Positions 1-9,950 of a stretch of DNA of 64,000 bases are shown here, piece by piece. The translations under genes and the position numbers were made by a program. Below the pieces are notes generated by a model. That model was not told the origin of the DNA. It ran no database searches and saw only the letters and a list, made by a program, of their open reading frames with translations. The stretch comes from Trueperaceae bacterium (lineage in GTDB: Bacteria; Deinococcota; Deinococci; Deinococcales; Trueperaceae). Where the stretch lies: assembly GCA_965215565.1 (NCBI GenBank), contig CBDCDZ010000004.1:1056001-1120000 (forward strand). Reading direction: 5' to 3'. Each line of letters begins with the position of its first letter. Positions within the stretch are counted from its first letter, which is position 1.

Positions 1-2
1 GC

Positions 3-329
3 ACGGGCAAGAAAGCGACGAAGAAGAAAACGACGAAGAAAGCGTCTGCCAAGTCTAAGAGCAAGAAGAAAGCCGCGCCCAAAAAGCCGAAAGCGACGCC
101 TAAGCAGTTGGAGCCCTTCCTAAACGAGCTAGACGGAGAGGTTGCGAAAGTGGTGATTCGTTTAGAGGGCATGAACGGCGACAGCGCTCAAGACATCGCC
201 ACGGTTGCCGACACGCTTGGCATGAGCGAAGAAGAGGTCAAAGCGGCGTATAAGCGCGGGATGTTCAAGCTGCGCATGGCGTATGGTAAAGCGCGAAAAG
301 AGCAGGACGAGACGCCCGCCGCCGCATGA
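3..329 (+). CDS. topA: 3' end of a gene running in from the window edge; probably DNA topoisomerase I C-terminus (Lys/Ala-rich tail plus sigma-region-4-like HTH)
   Basis: Frame open from nt 3: TGKKATKKKTTKKASAKSKSKKKAAPKKPK then IATVADTLGMSEEEVKAAYKRGMFKLR. The architecture resembles Deinococcota TopA tails; the catalytic part is outside the window. Confidence 0.55.
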   Translation, partial: TGKKATKKKTTKKASAKSKSKKKAAPKKPKATPKQLEPFLNELDGEVAKVVIRLEGMNGDSAQDIATVADTLGMSEEEVKAAYKRGMFKLRMAYGKARKEQDETPAAA

Positions 330-336
330 TTTTAAT

Positions 337-624
337 TTGAGTACAGATGTAAATGAACCTTTGAACCTCATCAGTCTTGCAAAGTCCGGGGCAGGTGAGG
401 TTCAAACTGTGCCGCAAACGGATTTTAAGGTGCAAGTGCTTACCGAGTCTCAACCTCTTATTTTAGAGACTGGCGTGTGGCTCTTGGTACTACAAGGAAA
501 TCTCATTATCGACCTCCCTCACGGCGACTTTAGAACGCTCAAAAAAGGGGACAGTTTGCGGCTTACGGCTCCTTTAGAAGTGACATTGACGCCGTTAGAA
601 GAAACGGTGATTTTGCAGCGATAA
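337..624 (+). CDS. Small cupin-like hypothetical protein
   Basis: WLLVLQGNLIIDLPHGDFRTLKKGDSL resembles cupin beta-strand motifs; start uncertain (TTG 337 chosen inside ORF 283..624). Confidence 0.55.
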   Translation: MSTDVNEPLNLISLAKSGAGEVQTVPQTDFKVQVLTESQPLILETGVWLLVLQGNLIIDLPHGDFRTLKKGDSLRLTAPLEVTLTPLEETVILQR

Positions 625-673
625 AAATTATTAGCACTTGAAAAGTCTACATACCCCATTGTAGACTTATAGT

Positions 674-1009
674 ATGGAGAGAAACCAACTTACCCCTGCT
701 GATGGACCACGACTCTCTCAGCAAACTCTGAAAGTGCTCGATGTCATGATGGCTAATCCTAGCAGCGACCATTACGGTCTAGAAGTTGCTCGCATTGCTC
801 AGTTAAAGTCAGGAACGCTTTATCCAATCTTAGTTAGATTAGAAAAGTATGGCTGGATAGAAGGAATTTGGGAGAATATAGACCCTAAAGTGGCGGGTAG
901 ACGCCCCCGACGTTTATACAAATTGACAACTGGAGGAATAGAAGCTTCGCGTAAAGTGGTCTCCAGAGCTGAAAACTTGCCCACACTTCAACCAGGATTA
1001 GCTCTATGA
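674..1009 (+). CDS. PadR-family transcriptional regulator
   Basis: HYGLEV..LKSGTLYPILVRLEKYGWI..W..GRRPRRLYKLT..G winged-helix signature. Confidence 0.9.
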   Translation: MERNQLTPADGPRLSQQTLKVLDVMMANPSSDHYGLEVARIAQLKSGTLYPILVRLEKYGWIEGIWENIDPKVAGRRPRRLYKLTTGGIEASRKVVSRAENLPTLQPGLAL

Positions 1010-1473
1010 AAAGTCTTCTAATTGGGTTTATGGGTATGGTGTTAGCAAGAATCTTTACAAATGAAATATTAGGGCTTATCTCAAAACTGTCGAGGTCTAT
1101 TGTCCGCCAAGCAGTGCGGCGATTATCTGAAGAGGTAAGAGAGCAGTATAGAGAAGAATGGCTAGCAACCTTGGAGTATGAAGGACAAGACGGTAAGAAA
1201 TTTAGTGAACTTAAAGCCGCCTTGGAAGCATGGTGGGGAGTTAGAGGTATCAAAAGAGAGTTTGAACCAGAAGTAGATACTACAGCGAGAAAAACAATAG
1301 AGCGTATCTTTGATAGAGCTGTTCTACTTTTCTCTCCAATACTTGTGATGAATTTTTTCTTTTTTTGGAACGGCTTACTTACGGTGCTTTATTTTCTTTT
1401 GGTTGTATCGTACACGGGCTACGTTGCCTTCAAAGAGTTTCACCGCGCCGAAACGGTAGCCCGCTCAGAATAA
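1006..1473 (+). CDS. Membrane protein coupled to PadR
   Basis: ATGA overlap with PadR stop; REQYREEWLA motif; hydrophobic N-terminus and two C-terminal TM segments. Confidence 0.7.
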   Translation: MKSLLIGFMGMVLARIFTNEILGLISKLSRSIVRQAVRRLSEEVREQYREEWLATLEYEGQDGKKFSELKAALEAWWGVRGIKREFEPEVDTTARKTIERIFDRAVLLFSPILVMNFFFFWNGLLTVLYFLLVVSYTGYVAFKEFHRAETVARSE

Positions 1474-1810
1474 CGGATTTGGTAAAGCTCTATAGATAGC
1501 CTACGCAGCAAAAACGGCTCAAGCTTTCCTCTACCTCTACTTCTCTGATTACATCGCAGCCTTTCTCATGAATAGCGCTTCGCGTGGCGAAGCTACCCTG
1601 GATTCAGAACCTCTTCGCAACTCATCCAAAGCAGAATAACAAAGTAAGACTTCCGTAAGACCTCTTCCTCTACCCTGATACCTACACGGGGTTCACGCCT
1701 TCTGTGCGAGGACAAACTCGGGGCAGTGCGGGAGAGGTCAGGATGTGTAACACTCAAATACGGTTGAACAAAAAGAACAGGGACTACGCTATTTCTCTAG
1801 AGGCTGGACG

Positions 1811-4540
1811 GTGACACTCCGCCTCAGAATCGCGCTCACCGTCGCGGTGGTGCTCGTCGGTTTGGTCATCACTTTGTCGGTCACGATTTGGGCGCTCTCG
1901 CTGCGCAACTTCTCCAAGCTCGAGGCGCAAGCCGCTCACAAAGACGTGGCGCGGGTGCTGCACGCTTTGGATGCGTCGCTCGAGTCGATGGACACGGTGC
2001 TCATCGACTGGGCGCAGTGGGATGACACGTACGAGTTCGCGCTGGACCGCAGCGAAATATACGTAGAAGACAACTTAGGTGCCTATTTTTTCGAAACGTT
2101 TAGTACGGACGCACTTGCGATTTTTAGCGTTGGAGGAGAACTTCTCTACGGCGAACGCGAGGACGAAGAAACCGGCGAGGTCACCGCTCTCCGCGGTGAA
2201 AGTGCCGCGTTCTTACAAGATGTGCTTTTAGATAAGGCAGTGCGCGAGAAGCAGGTAGGTCTCACGCACTTACCTGAGGGTCACGCGCTCGTTGCAGCGG
2301 GTCCTATTCTCGACAACGAAGGCGAAGGTCCGTCACGGGGCGCGATGATCATGGTGCGCTATCTAAACGAGGCGAGAGCGGCGGCGTTTGAGGAGGCTGC
2401 GCTCGTCTCGGTAGCGTTCACGCCTTTTGAAGCGTCCACGCTGACAGAAGGGCTCGAGGCAGTTCCTTTTCGCGTCCATAACCACGAGCACGCCATCTAC
2501 AGCCAGCCCTCGGGCGACACCATCCGAGGTTTCACCGTCCTCACCGGTCTCGAGGAGCAGCCCACGCTCGTCCTGAACGTCGAGAGCCCGCGCGTGCTCT
2601 ACCAGCAGAGCCTCCTTAGCGTGCGCTTTCTCATCGTTACGGTGATCATCGCGAGCCTGACCTTTAGCGTCCTGGCGCTCGGCTTAGTCGAGCGGCTGAT
2701 GCTCTCGCGCCTCGCCTTTTTGAGCCGTAGGGTGAGCCATATCGCGAAAAGCGGCAACGTCGCGGAGCGCATCACGCTTATTGGACGAGATGAACTCGCG
2801 CGTTTAGCAGGCGACATCAACGGAATGCTCGCCTCGTTAGAGGAGACCTTTAGGGCGCTGCGCGCCTCGGAGGAGCGCTACGCCCTCGCCACTGAAGGCG
2901 TCAACGACGGGATGTGGGATTGGAACGTCGCAAGAGGTAAGTTCATCCTTTCCCAACGCTGCGCGGACATGCTCGGGTTAGAGACGCAAGAAGCGAGCTT
3001 TGACTTTTGGAGCGCACTTGCGCACCCCGACGACTTAGAGCGCGTCAAGGCGCAACTCGTCGCCCACTACAAGGGTGAAACTGAGCACTTCGAAGCCGAA
3101 CTGCGCATGAGGCATCAAGCGGGGCACTACCGCTGGATGTTGGCGCGGGGCGTCGCGGTGCAAAACGCGGACGGCAAGGCGGTGCGCATGGCGGGTTCGC
3201 TGACCGACATCACCCAGCGCGGCGTGTTCGACGCGCTTACCGGGCTACCCAACCGCCTCCTCTTGACCGAGCGCCTAGAGCACGCGCTGAGCAAGAGCCG
3301 CCATAAAAGTTGCCGTAAAAGTCATGGTGAAGAGGAGCGCAGCGCCGTGCTCTTCATGGACCTAAACCGCTTCAAGGTCATCAACGACTCGTTTGGACAC
3401 CGCATCGGTGATTTGCTCCTCGTCGAAATCGCTAAGCGCCTGCAAGCTTGCGTGCGTAGCGGTGACCTCGTGGCGCGTTTAGGCGGCGATGAGTTCGTGA
3501 TTTTGCTCGAGGACGTGAGCAGCCCCGGTGTAGACGCTACACTCAGGCGTATCGAAGCCGAGTTGAGCCGCGCCTTTGCGTTAGATGGTCACACCGTTTA
3601 TACGGGCGCAAGCATCGGCGTTGTGACGACTTTGCAAGATTACGAAGATACCGAGGACATCTTGGAAGACGCCGACATCGCTATGTACCGCGCGAAAGAG
3701 TTGGGGCAGCCTCACCTCTACTTTAACCATGAGATTTACGAGCAAGCCACCGCGCGGCAGCGCACCGAAACGGAGCTGCGCGAGGCGCTCAGGCGCGGTG
3801 AATTCGCCCTGGTCTATCAGCCGATTCTCGCCCTAAAGACGAACGAACTAGTCTCGGTTGAGGCGCTCGTTCGCTGGCAGCATCCGACGCGCGGTTTCGT
3901 CTCGCCCGCCGAGTTTATTCCGGTGGCGGAGGAGTCTGGGCTCATCGCGCCGCTAGGCGGCTGGGTGCTCCGTGAGGCGTGCCGTGAACTCGCCGCCGCG
4001 CAGTTACCTGAAAGCGTGAGCGTCAGCGTCAACTTGTCGAGCAAACAGCTCATTCTGCCCTCTATCGTCGATGAGGTCAGCGCGGTGCTGAGCGAGACGG
4101 GTCTACTAGCGCAGCAACTCAAGCTCGAGGTCACTGAAAGCGCCATCATCGAAAACCAAGACCTCGCTAGGGCGCACCTCACCGCGTTGCAGCGTCTAGG
4201 CGTGCAGATCGTCATGGACGACTTCGGCACGGGCTACTCGTCGCTCAGCCACATCCACAGCTTGCCGATTCAACTCCTTAAAATCGACCGGAGCTTCGTG
4301 AGCCAGATGGGAGAGGACGAGACCAACTTGGAAATTATCCGCGCGATTCTCTCGCTCGCGCAGAGCTTGGATTTGGCAGTCGTCGCGGAAGGCGTCGAGA
4401 CTGAAGCGCAACGCGCCGCGCTCCGAGACCTCCAGTGTACCTACGCTCAGGGCTACCTCTTCGCCAGGCCACTACCCTTCAAAGAAGTCTTGAATCTCTA
4501 TCCGGCGCACCCCTACGCTTTAGCTCAGAAGGTCGCTTAG
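1811..4540 (+). CDS. Membrane CHASE4-HAMP-PAS-GGDEF-EAL diguanylate cyclase/phosphodiesterase
   Basis: DWAQWDDTYEF (CHASE4), DELARLAGDINGML (HAMP), PAS/PAC, RSGD I-site plus RLGGDEF, VEALVRW, DDFGTGYSSL. Confidence 0.93.
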   Translation: MTLRLRIALTVAVVLVGLVITLSVTIWALSLRNFSKLEAQAAHKDVARVLHALDASLESMDTVLIDWAQWDDTYEFALDRSEIYVEDNLGAYFFETFSTDALAIFSVGGELLYGEREDEETGEVTALRGESAAFLQDVLLDKAVREKQVGLTHLPEGHALVAAGPILDNEGEGPSRGAMIMVRYLNEARAAAFEEAALVSVAFTPFEASTLTEGLEAVPFRVHNHEHAIYSQPSGDTIRGFTVLTGLEEQPTLVLNVESPRVLYQQSLLSVRFLIVTVIIASLTFSVLALGLVERLMLSRLAFLSRRVSHIAKSGNVAERITLIGRDELARLAGDINGMLASLEETFRALRASEERYALATEGVNDGMWDWNVARGKFILSQRCADMLGLETQEASFDFWSALAHPDDLERVKAQLVAHYKGETEHFEAELRMRHQAGHYRWMLARGVAVQNADGKAVRMAGSLTDITQRGVFDALTGLPNRLLLTERLEHALSKSRHKSCRKSHGEEERSAVLFMDLNRFKVINDSFGHRIGDLLLVEIAKRLQACVRSGDLVARLGGDEFVILLEDVSSPGVDATLRRIEAELSRAFALDGHTVYTGASIGVVTTLQDYEDTEDILEDADIAMYRAKELGQPHLYFNHEIYEQATARQRTETELREALRRGEFALVYQPILALKTNELVSVEALVRWQHPTRGFVSPAEFIPVAEESGLIAPLGGWVLREACRELAAAQLPESVSVSVNLSSKQLILPSIVDEVSAVLSETGLLAQQLKLEVTESAIIENQDLARAHLTALQRLGVQIVMDDFGTGYSSLSHIHSLPIQLLKIDRSFVSQMGEDETNLEIIRAILSLAQSLDLAVVAEGVETEAQRAALRDLQCTYAQGYLFARPLPFKEVLNLYPAHPYALAQKVA

Positions 4541-4568
4541 CTGCACCCTAGCTTTAGAAAGGTCGATC

Positions 4569-5333
4569 ATGATTCTTGCTTATATCACCGTTTTTCTCAT
4601 CGCAAAGCTCGCGCTCATAGGTGTCGCTTCGCCGCTCATCAACGAGTTGAGTTTCACCTTTCTTTTAGGCGTCACCGCGCTTAGGCTCTACGTGCTCGCC
4701 AAGAAGAGTCAAGCTCTGCCCTGGCAGCGCGGCATCATGGCGATGGCGCTCGCCGCGCTGATTATTACCCTGCATAACCTCGCTTGGGTTTACGGCAGTC
4801 TTACAGGCGAAGTGCCGCTCCCTTTAGAGTTCTTCGGCGCAACCCTCTACACTTTGCAGGTTATTCCCTGGGCCTACGCCCTCTCCGTCGCGCTCTTTAT
4901 CGTGTATGACCGGATGCGCGGAGCGCTCTACTTAGAGGTGCTGACCTATATCGTCGGACTCGTCGCCGCTGTTATCTTCATGGTCTCGGTCATTTTGGGG
5001 TCCATTTTTAGCCTCGAGCTAGGCGTCACCATCGCCGACAGCGCTGGTCTCTACTTGAGCGCTGCGCTGCTCGTGCCCGCCCTAGCGTTCTGGTTCTCCA
5101 AAAACGCCAACCTCACGCGCCCCTTTCTCTATATTAGCGCCGCCACCGCCGCCTGGTTTTTAGCGGACGCCTCTTACATCTATCTGCCCGAATCATCCGC
5201 AGGTTTGGTCTTCAACTGCTTCGCGCTCATCCAGTGGTTCTTGTTCTACCGCGCCGCGCGGGTTTACGTAGCGCAGTACTCGCAAGAAGAGGGCGTGGTG
5301 CCGGAGCGTGGAGGGCTCGAGGGTGTCGCCTAA
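4569..5333 (+). CDS. Multi-pass membrane protein of unknown function
   Basis: 254 aa with about 7-8 hydrophobic segments; 28 nt after the GGDEF-EAL stop with AAGG RBS. Confidence 0.75.
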   Translation: MILAYITVFLIAKLALIGVASPLINELSFTFLLGVTALRLYVLAKKSQALPWQRGIMAMALAALIITLHNLAWVYGSLTGEVPLPLEFFGATLYTLQVIPWAYALSVALFIVYDRMRGALYLEVLTYIVGLVAAVIFMVSVILGSIFSLELGVTIADSAGLYLSAALLVPALAFWFSKNANLTRPFLYISAATAAWFLADASYIYLPESSAGLVFNCFALIQWFLFYRAARVYVAQYSQEEGVVPERGGLEGVA

Positions 5334-5550
5334 AAGAGGCTGCTAAAAGAGGTGACGGACATCCCGTCTAATACGGATTCTGGTTGAATCTCCGGGGGTT
5401 GCGTTGCTCCGCCTAGCGGGAGCGTATGCGACAGTAACTTCGTACACCTTTTCTTCTCGACCTCTTGCCGAACCCTCGTTCGTCGGGTGCCGCCTCGAGC
5501 CACTCGAACCCGCCGATTAGCGTTCAGCTCTGTGTTAGCCTTATACCACC

Positions 5551-6219
5551 ATGACTGACGCAAACGAACCCGCTGATACCCGCACCCATGCGAACTCCGT
5601 CACCGTCATCGACCACCCCCTTATTCAACATAAGCTTTCACTCCTCCGCGACAAAACCACCAACGTGCGCGACTTCCGCGACCTCTGCACCGAAATCAGT
5701 ATGCTCATGGCGTTCGAGGCGATGCGCGAGTTACCTTTAGAGGCTTCAAAGGTGGAAACCCCCGTCGCCCCCGCCGAAGTGCACAAGCTGAGCGGCAAAA
5801 AGCTCGCGCTGGTGTGCATCTTGCGGGCGGGTTTGGTCATGGTGGACGGCATCTTGAACCTCGTCCCGAACGCCCGCGTCGGTCACATCGGGCTCTACCG
5901 CGACCCCGAGACCTTGAATCCCGTCGAGTATTACAAGAAACTCCCCCCCGACATCGCCGAGCGCGACGTGTTCTTGCTCGATCCGATGTTGGCGACGGGG
6001 GGCAGCGCCGCCGCGTCCGTCCAAATTTTGAAAGCGTCGGGCGCGAAACACATTCGCCTGCTCTGCATCATCGCCGCGCCCGAAGGGGTTAAGGCGGTTC
6101 ATGATGACCACCCTGAAGTCGAGATCATCCTCGCGGCGAGGGACGAAAAGCTCAACAACCACGGCTACATCGTGCCGGGGCTGGGCGACGCGGGCGACCG
6201 CATCTACGGAACGCGCTGA
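5551..6219 (+). CDS. upp: Uracil phosphoribosyltransferase
   Basis: [46 protein letters not shown]. Confidence 0.97.
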   Translation: MTDANEPADTRTHANSVTVIDHPLIQHKLSLLRDKTTNVRDFRDLCTEISMLMAFEAMRELPLEASKVETPVAPAEVHKLSGKKLALVCILRAGLVMVDGILNLVPNARVGHIGLYRDPETLNPVEYYKKLPPDIAERDVFLLDPMLATGGSAAASVQILKASGAKHIRLLCIIAAPEGVKAVHDDHPEVEIILAARDEKLNNHGYIVPGLGDAGDRIYGTR

Positions 6220-6294
6220 GCAAGAAGGCTTGTATTACATGCTTTACACAACTTGCTCATCACTCTCGCGTTCATTTCGCGTTAAGATAGCTCT

Positions 6295-7395
6295 GTGCGT
6301 GAAACTCTCCTAAGCTACTTTCCCCTCGTCAGCGTTGCGTTCGCAGTTGCGCTCGTCGTCGTCGCGACGTTCGTACCTAAAGTCCAGGACTTTGCGCGGC
6401 AGATCGGCGCGATGCAGCAGGGCGGCGGACGGCGTATTCATCTGGGCGCGGTGCCGAACATTGGCGGCATTGCGATTTTCGCTGGCTTCTTGGTGGCGCT
6501 CCTCGTGGGCAGCATGGTCAGACCGGAACTGCTAGACGCCTTCCGAGTGGAGCTTTTGGCGATTCTTTTGGGCGGTGCGCTCATGACTCTAGTGGGCTTT
6601 ATCGACGATATCTGGGAGGTGCCGCCCACTATGCGCCTGAGCGTGCAGTTCGTCGCGGCGGGCATCCTGGTGGTGAACGGCGTGACGATTGACTTTATCA
6701 CCAACTACTTCGGGAATTATTTCGGCGAGAGCGCTTACCTTTTCTTCGGGCAGACGCTCTCTATCGCCTTGACGCTTCTATGGGTGGTGGGCTTCACGAA
6801 CGCCTTTAACTTCATCGACGGGCTCGACGGGCTCTCCTCGGGGATTGCAGCGATCTCGAGCCTCTCGCTGTTAGCCGTCGCTGTGCAGCTCCCGGATAGA
6901 GGCGCGGCCGTGCTCCTACTCGCCGCGCTAGCAGGCTCAGCGCTCGGCTTTCTGCGCCACAACTTCAACCCTGCCAAGATCATTATGGGCGACTCGGGCG
7001 CGTACCTCTTAGGCTACGTGCTCGCCGCCGTGAGCGTACTGGGCGCGCTCAAAGTCACCGCCGCCTTGACCGTCGTCGCGCCCATCATGATTCTCGGTGT
7101 ACCCGTTTTGAACATGACGCAGGTGACGGTGCGGCGGCTCTCGCGCGGCAAGAACCCTACCCTCGCCGACAACGACCACCTCCACGACATGATTCGCGTG
7201 CGGAGCGGCTCGAAGCGCTTTACCGTGCTCGTTTTGTGGCTCGCCACGCTCATTCTGGGAACCTGCGGGATGATGCTCTCGCGCACGCCGCCTGAACTTA
7301 TCTACCTCACAGTCATCGGCACGGTGGTGCTCATCGCGGGCGTCTGCTGGCTGCGGCTGCGCGAAGCGTCGCGAGAGCAGACCCTGACGCGCTGA
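6295..7395 (+). CDS. MraY/WecA/TagO-family undecaprenyl-phosphate sugar-1-phosphate transferase
   Basis: GFIDD, NAFNFIDGLDGL, NFNPAKIIMGDSG, DNDHLH motifs. Confidence 0.92.
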   Translation: MRETLLSYFPLVSVAFAVALVVVATFVPKVQDFARQIGAMQQGGGRRIHLGAVPNIGGIAIFAGFLVALLVGSMVRPELLDAFRVELLAILLGGALMTLVGFIDDIWEVPPTMRLSVQFVAAGILVVNGVTIDFITNYFGNYFGESAYLFFGQTLSIALTLLWVVGFTNAFNFIDGLDGLSSGIAAISSLSLLAVAVQLPDRGAAVLLLAALAGSALGFLRHNFNPAKIIMGDSGAYLLGYVLAAVSVLGALKVTAALTVVAPIMILGVPVLNMTQVTVRRLSRGKNPTLADNDHLHDMIRVRSGSKRFTVLVLWLATLILGTCGMMLSRTPPELIYLTVIGTVVLIAGVCWLRLREASREQTLTR

Positions 7396-8528
7396 TGTCC
7401 CATAATTTGGCGGCGGGGCGTGTTTGCGTCGCGTTCGGCACACGCCCCGAAGCCTCGAAGATGGCTCCTGTGATTTACGCACTCCGAGAGCAGGCGGGCT
7501 TAGCACCGCTTTTACTCGTCACCGGGCAGCACCGCGAGCAGTTGGATCAGATGCTCGAGCTTTTCGAGCTTGCGCCCGACGCTGACCTAGACCTCATGCG
7601 CGAGTCGCAGACGTTGCCCGACTTGATGGGACGCATCGTTCCAGCCGCTGCTCGCACCTTGCGCGAGTTGGTCCCCGATTACGTCCTCGTCCACGGCGAC
7701 ACCTTGACGACGTTCGCCGTCTCCTTGGCCGCTTTTTTCGAAGGCGTCCCCGTCGCCCACGTCGAAGCGGGGCTGCGCTCGTTCGACATGGCGCAGCCCT
7801 TTCCCGAGGAGGCGAACCGCCGTTTGACCGACGTGCTGACCGATATAGACTTGCCGCCGACACCGTGGGCGAAAGGAAACCTGCTCGCTGAAGGCAAGCG
7901 CGAAGACAGGGTGGTGGTGACGGGCAACACGGCGGTGGACGCGGTGAGGTATCTGGAGGCCAGGGCTAAACTCCCGCCCCACCTGCCGAGCGAGAACCTC
8001 GTCTACATCACCATGCACCGCCGCGAGAACTTGCCTGTCATGCGGCCTCTCGCTGAAGCGATTGCGGAGGTAGCGAGGGCGTTCCCAAACTACACCTTCG
8101 CCTACCCCGTCCACCTCAACCCGGCTGTGCGGAGCGCGGTCTATCCTGCGATGGAGGGCGTCCCCAACATCATTTTAGATGAACCCTACGACTTTTTGAC
8201 CTCACTCGCCGCGCAGAAGCACGCCGAACTCGTCATCACAGACTCGGGCGGCATCCAGGAAGAGGGAACGGCTTTAGGCGTACCCGTCGTCGTGCTGCGC
8301 AACGTGACCGAGCGCCCCGAAGGGGTGGAGGTGGGAGCGCTCAAGCTCGCGGGCAACGAGCCGGAAGAGGTCAGGGCGGTGCTGATGGATTTGTTAGGGC
8401 ATAGAGAGAAGAGAGACGCCATGCGCCAAAAAGAGAACCCATACGGCGATGGTCATGCGGGAAAGAGAGTCGCGCAAGCCGTCGCGTGGCGTTTAGGGCT
8501 GGCGGAACGTCCACGGGATTGGCGCTAA
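7395..8528 (+). CDS. wecB: UDP-N-acetylglucosamine 2-epimerase (non-hydrolysing)
   Basis: FGTRPEA, TGQH, VHGDT, HVEAGLRS, PFPEEANR, TDSGGIQEE, NPYGDG. Confidence 0.95.
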   Translation: MSHNLAAGRVCVAFGTRPEASKMAPVIYALREQAGLAPLLLVTGQHREQLDQMLELFELAPDADLDLMRESQTLPDLMGRIVPAAARTLRELVPDYVLVHGDTLTTFAVSLAAFFEGVPVAHVEAGLRSFDMAQPFPEEANRRLTDVLTDIDLPPTPWAKGNLLAEGKREDRVVVTGNTAVDAVRYLEARAKLPPHLPSENLVYITMHRRENLPVMRPLAEAIAEVARAFPNYTFAYPVHLNPAVRSAVYPAMEGVPNIILDEPYDFLTSLAAQKHAELVITDSGGIQEEGTALGVPVVVLRNVTERPEGVEVGALKLAGNEPEEVRAVLMDLLGHREKRDAMRQKENPYGDGHAGKRVAQAVAWRLGLAERPRDWR

Positions 8529-8531
8529 AGT

Positions 8532-9143
8532 CTAAAAGATAGGCTCATCGCCTCTAAGCGAGGGAGCGTGCTTGACGCCCACCGCCAGCGCGATAAGTGC
8601 GGCGCTCAGCGTGGTGAGCCAGAGAAACCCAGGCGCTGCCCCGCCGAGTCCCACGGCGAGATGAACAGCGAACGGGTAGAGCAGCGCCAACACCACCCCG
8701 GCGCGCGCCACCCGCCGCAGGAGCAACACGAGCACGATGAGGAGCGCGAACCCGCTCAGCCCGCCGAGCGGATAGATAGGCAGCGCCACCCCGAGCGTCG
8801 TGGCGAGCCCTTTGCCTCCGCGAAAGCCGATATAAGGCGACCAGATATGTCCCCACACCGCGCCGACGCCAGCCACGAGCCCGGATATTAAAGCTGTTTC
8901 CGCTACTGAGCCGACGAGAAGCCCTACGTACGCCGCGAGCACCCCCTTCCCCACATCGAGCGCGAAGACGAGGAAACCCCACACCCAGCCCAAATTCCGC
9001 GCCGTGTTCATCGCGCCGACATTGCCCGAGCCAACCTCTTGAATGCGCGCGCCGCGCAGCCGCGCGACAACATCGGCGCTCGGGAACGCGCCGATAAAGT
9101 AACCGAGTACGAGCGTGAGAAGCGAGGTGGAGAGTCCCGTCAT
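8532..9143 (-). CDS. plsY: Glycerol-3-phosphate acyltransferase
   Basis: GSGNVGAMN, DVGKG, GH..SPY..FRGGKGLAT; ATG 9143 overlaps the recO stop. Confidence 0.88.
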   Translation of the reverse strand: MTGLSTSLLTLVLGYFIGAFPSADVVARLRGARIQEVGSGNVGAMNTARNLGWVWGFLVFALDVGKGVLAAYVGLLVGSVAETALISGLVAGVGAVWGHIWSPYIGFRGGKGLATTLGVALPIYPLGGLSGFALLIVLVLLLRRVARAGVVLALLYPFAVHLAVGLGGAAPGFLWLTTLSAALIALAVGVKHAPSLRGDEPIF

Positions 9144-9871
9144 GACGCGAGCACCGCGTAGCGCCGCAGGTTCGTCAAGCTCTCGACTTCGCCTACGTGG
9201 TAGGCGAGGTAGCGCGACAAGAGGTTCCAGTGCGCGGCGCGCTCCTCCAAAGGTTCCTCTAAAACCTCTCGTACCGGGCGCTGGTGCAGCCTCCAGAGTT
9301 CGTCTGCTGCTTGCGCTGAGAGCTTCAGGCCGACGCCGCACGTTTCACAAGTTAGACCGCCCGAGGCGATATCGAAGGTGGAGCCGACCTCTCGCTCGCC
9401 GCAACGCACGCACCTCGTCAGGCGCGGCGCTAAGCCCGCTTGCGCTAGAAGCCGCCAACTCATGACGAGCGCCACCGCTTCGGGATCACCGTGCTGCACC
9501 AGCCCGCGCAGCCCGCTCGCTAAGTAGCTGTAGATGCGTTCGCCTAGGTGCACGTCCACGGTAAGCTTGTCGGTGAGTTCGGCTAGCACGTGGGCGTAAG
9601 GGTAGATATCAGGGTCACTCAGCTTGGGGAGTGCGCCGTTGAGTTGCACCTGCGTGATGAGCGCCAAGTCCTCATCTTGGCGGCGGTAGTGCTGCACGGT
9701 CACGTCAAAGAACAAACTCAACTTACCCAAGTTACCACCGACAAGCTTGCCCTTACGCGCCACGCCGCGCCACTTGCCGTCTTCGCTGAGGAGCGTGACG
9801 ATCACATCGCCGCTAGGGAGTTCCAAGCGGCGCAGCACGATACCTTCGCGGACGTTATAGCGTTTGCTCAC
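9140..9871 (-). CDS. recO: DNA repair protein RecO
   Basis: N-terminal OB fold (EGIVLRR...D.IVTLLS..GK..GVAR) and Zn finger CVRC...CETC. Confidence 0.92.
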   Translation of the reverse strand: MSKRYNVREGIVLRRLELPSGDVIVTLLSEDGKWRGVARKGKLVGGNLGKLSLFFDVTVQHYRRQDEDLALITQVQLNGALPKLSDPDIYPYAHVLAELTDKLTVDVHLGERIYSYLASGLRGLVQHGDPEAVALVMSWRLLAQAGLAPRLTRCVRCGEREVGSTFDIASGGLTCETCGVGLKLSAQAADELWRLHQRPVREVLEEPLEERAAHWNLLSRYLAYHVGEVESLTNLRRYAVLAS

Positions 9872-9950
9872 CTCTCCATTTTACGCGCTGCAAGGGGAGG
9901 GGAACGTCGTAAGCGAAAGGTCCTCACGCCGCACCTTCACGCACGCAACG

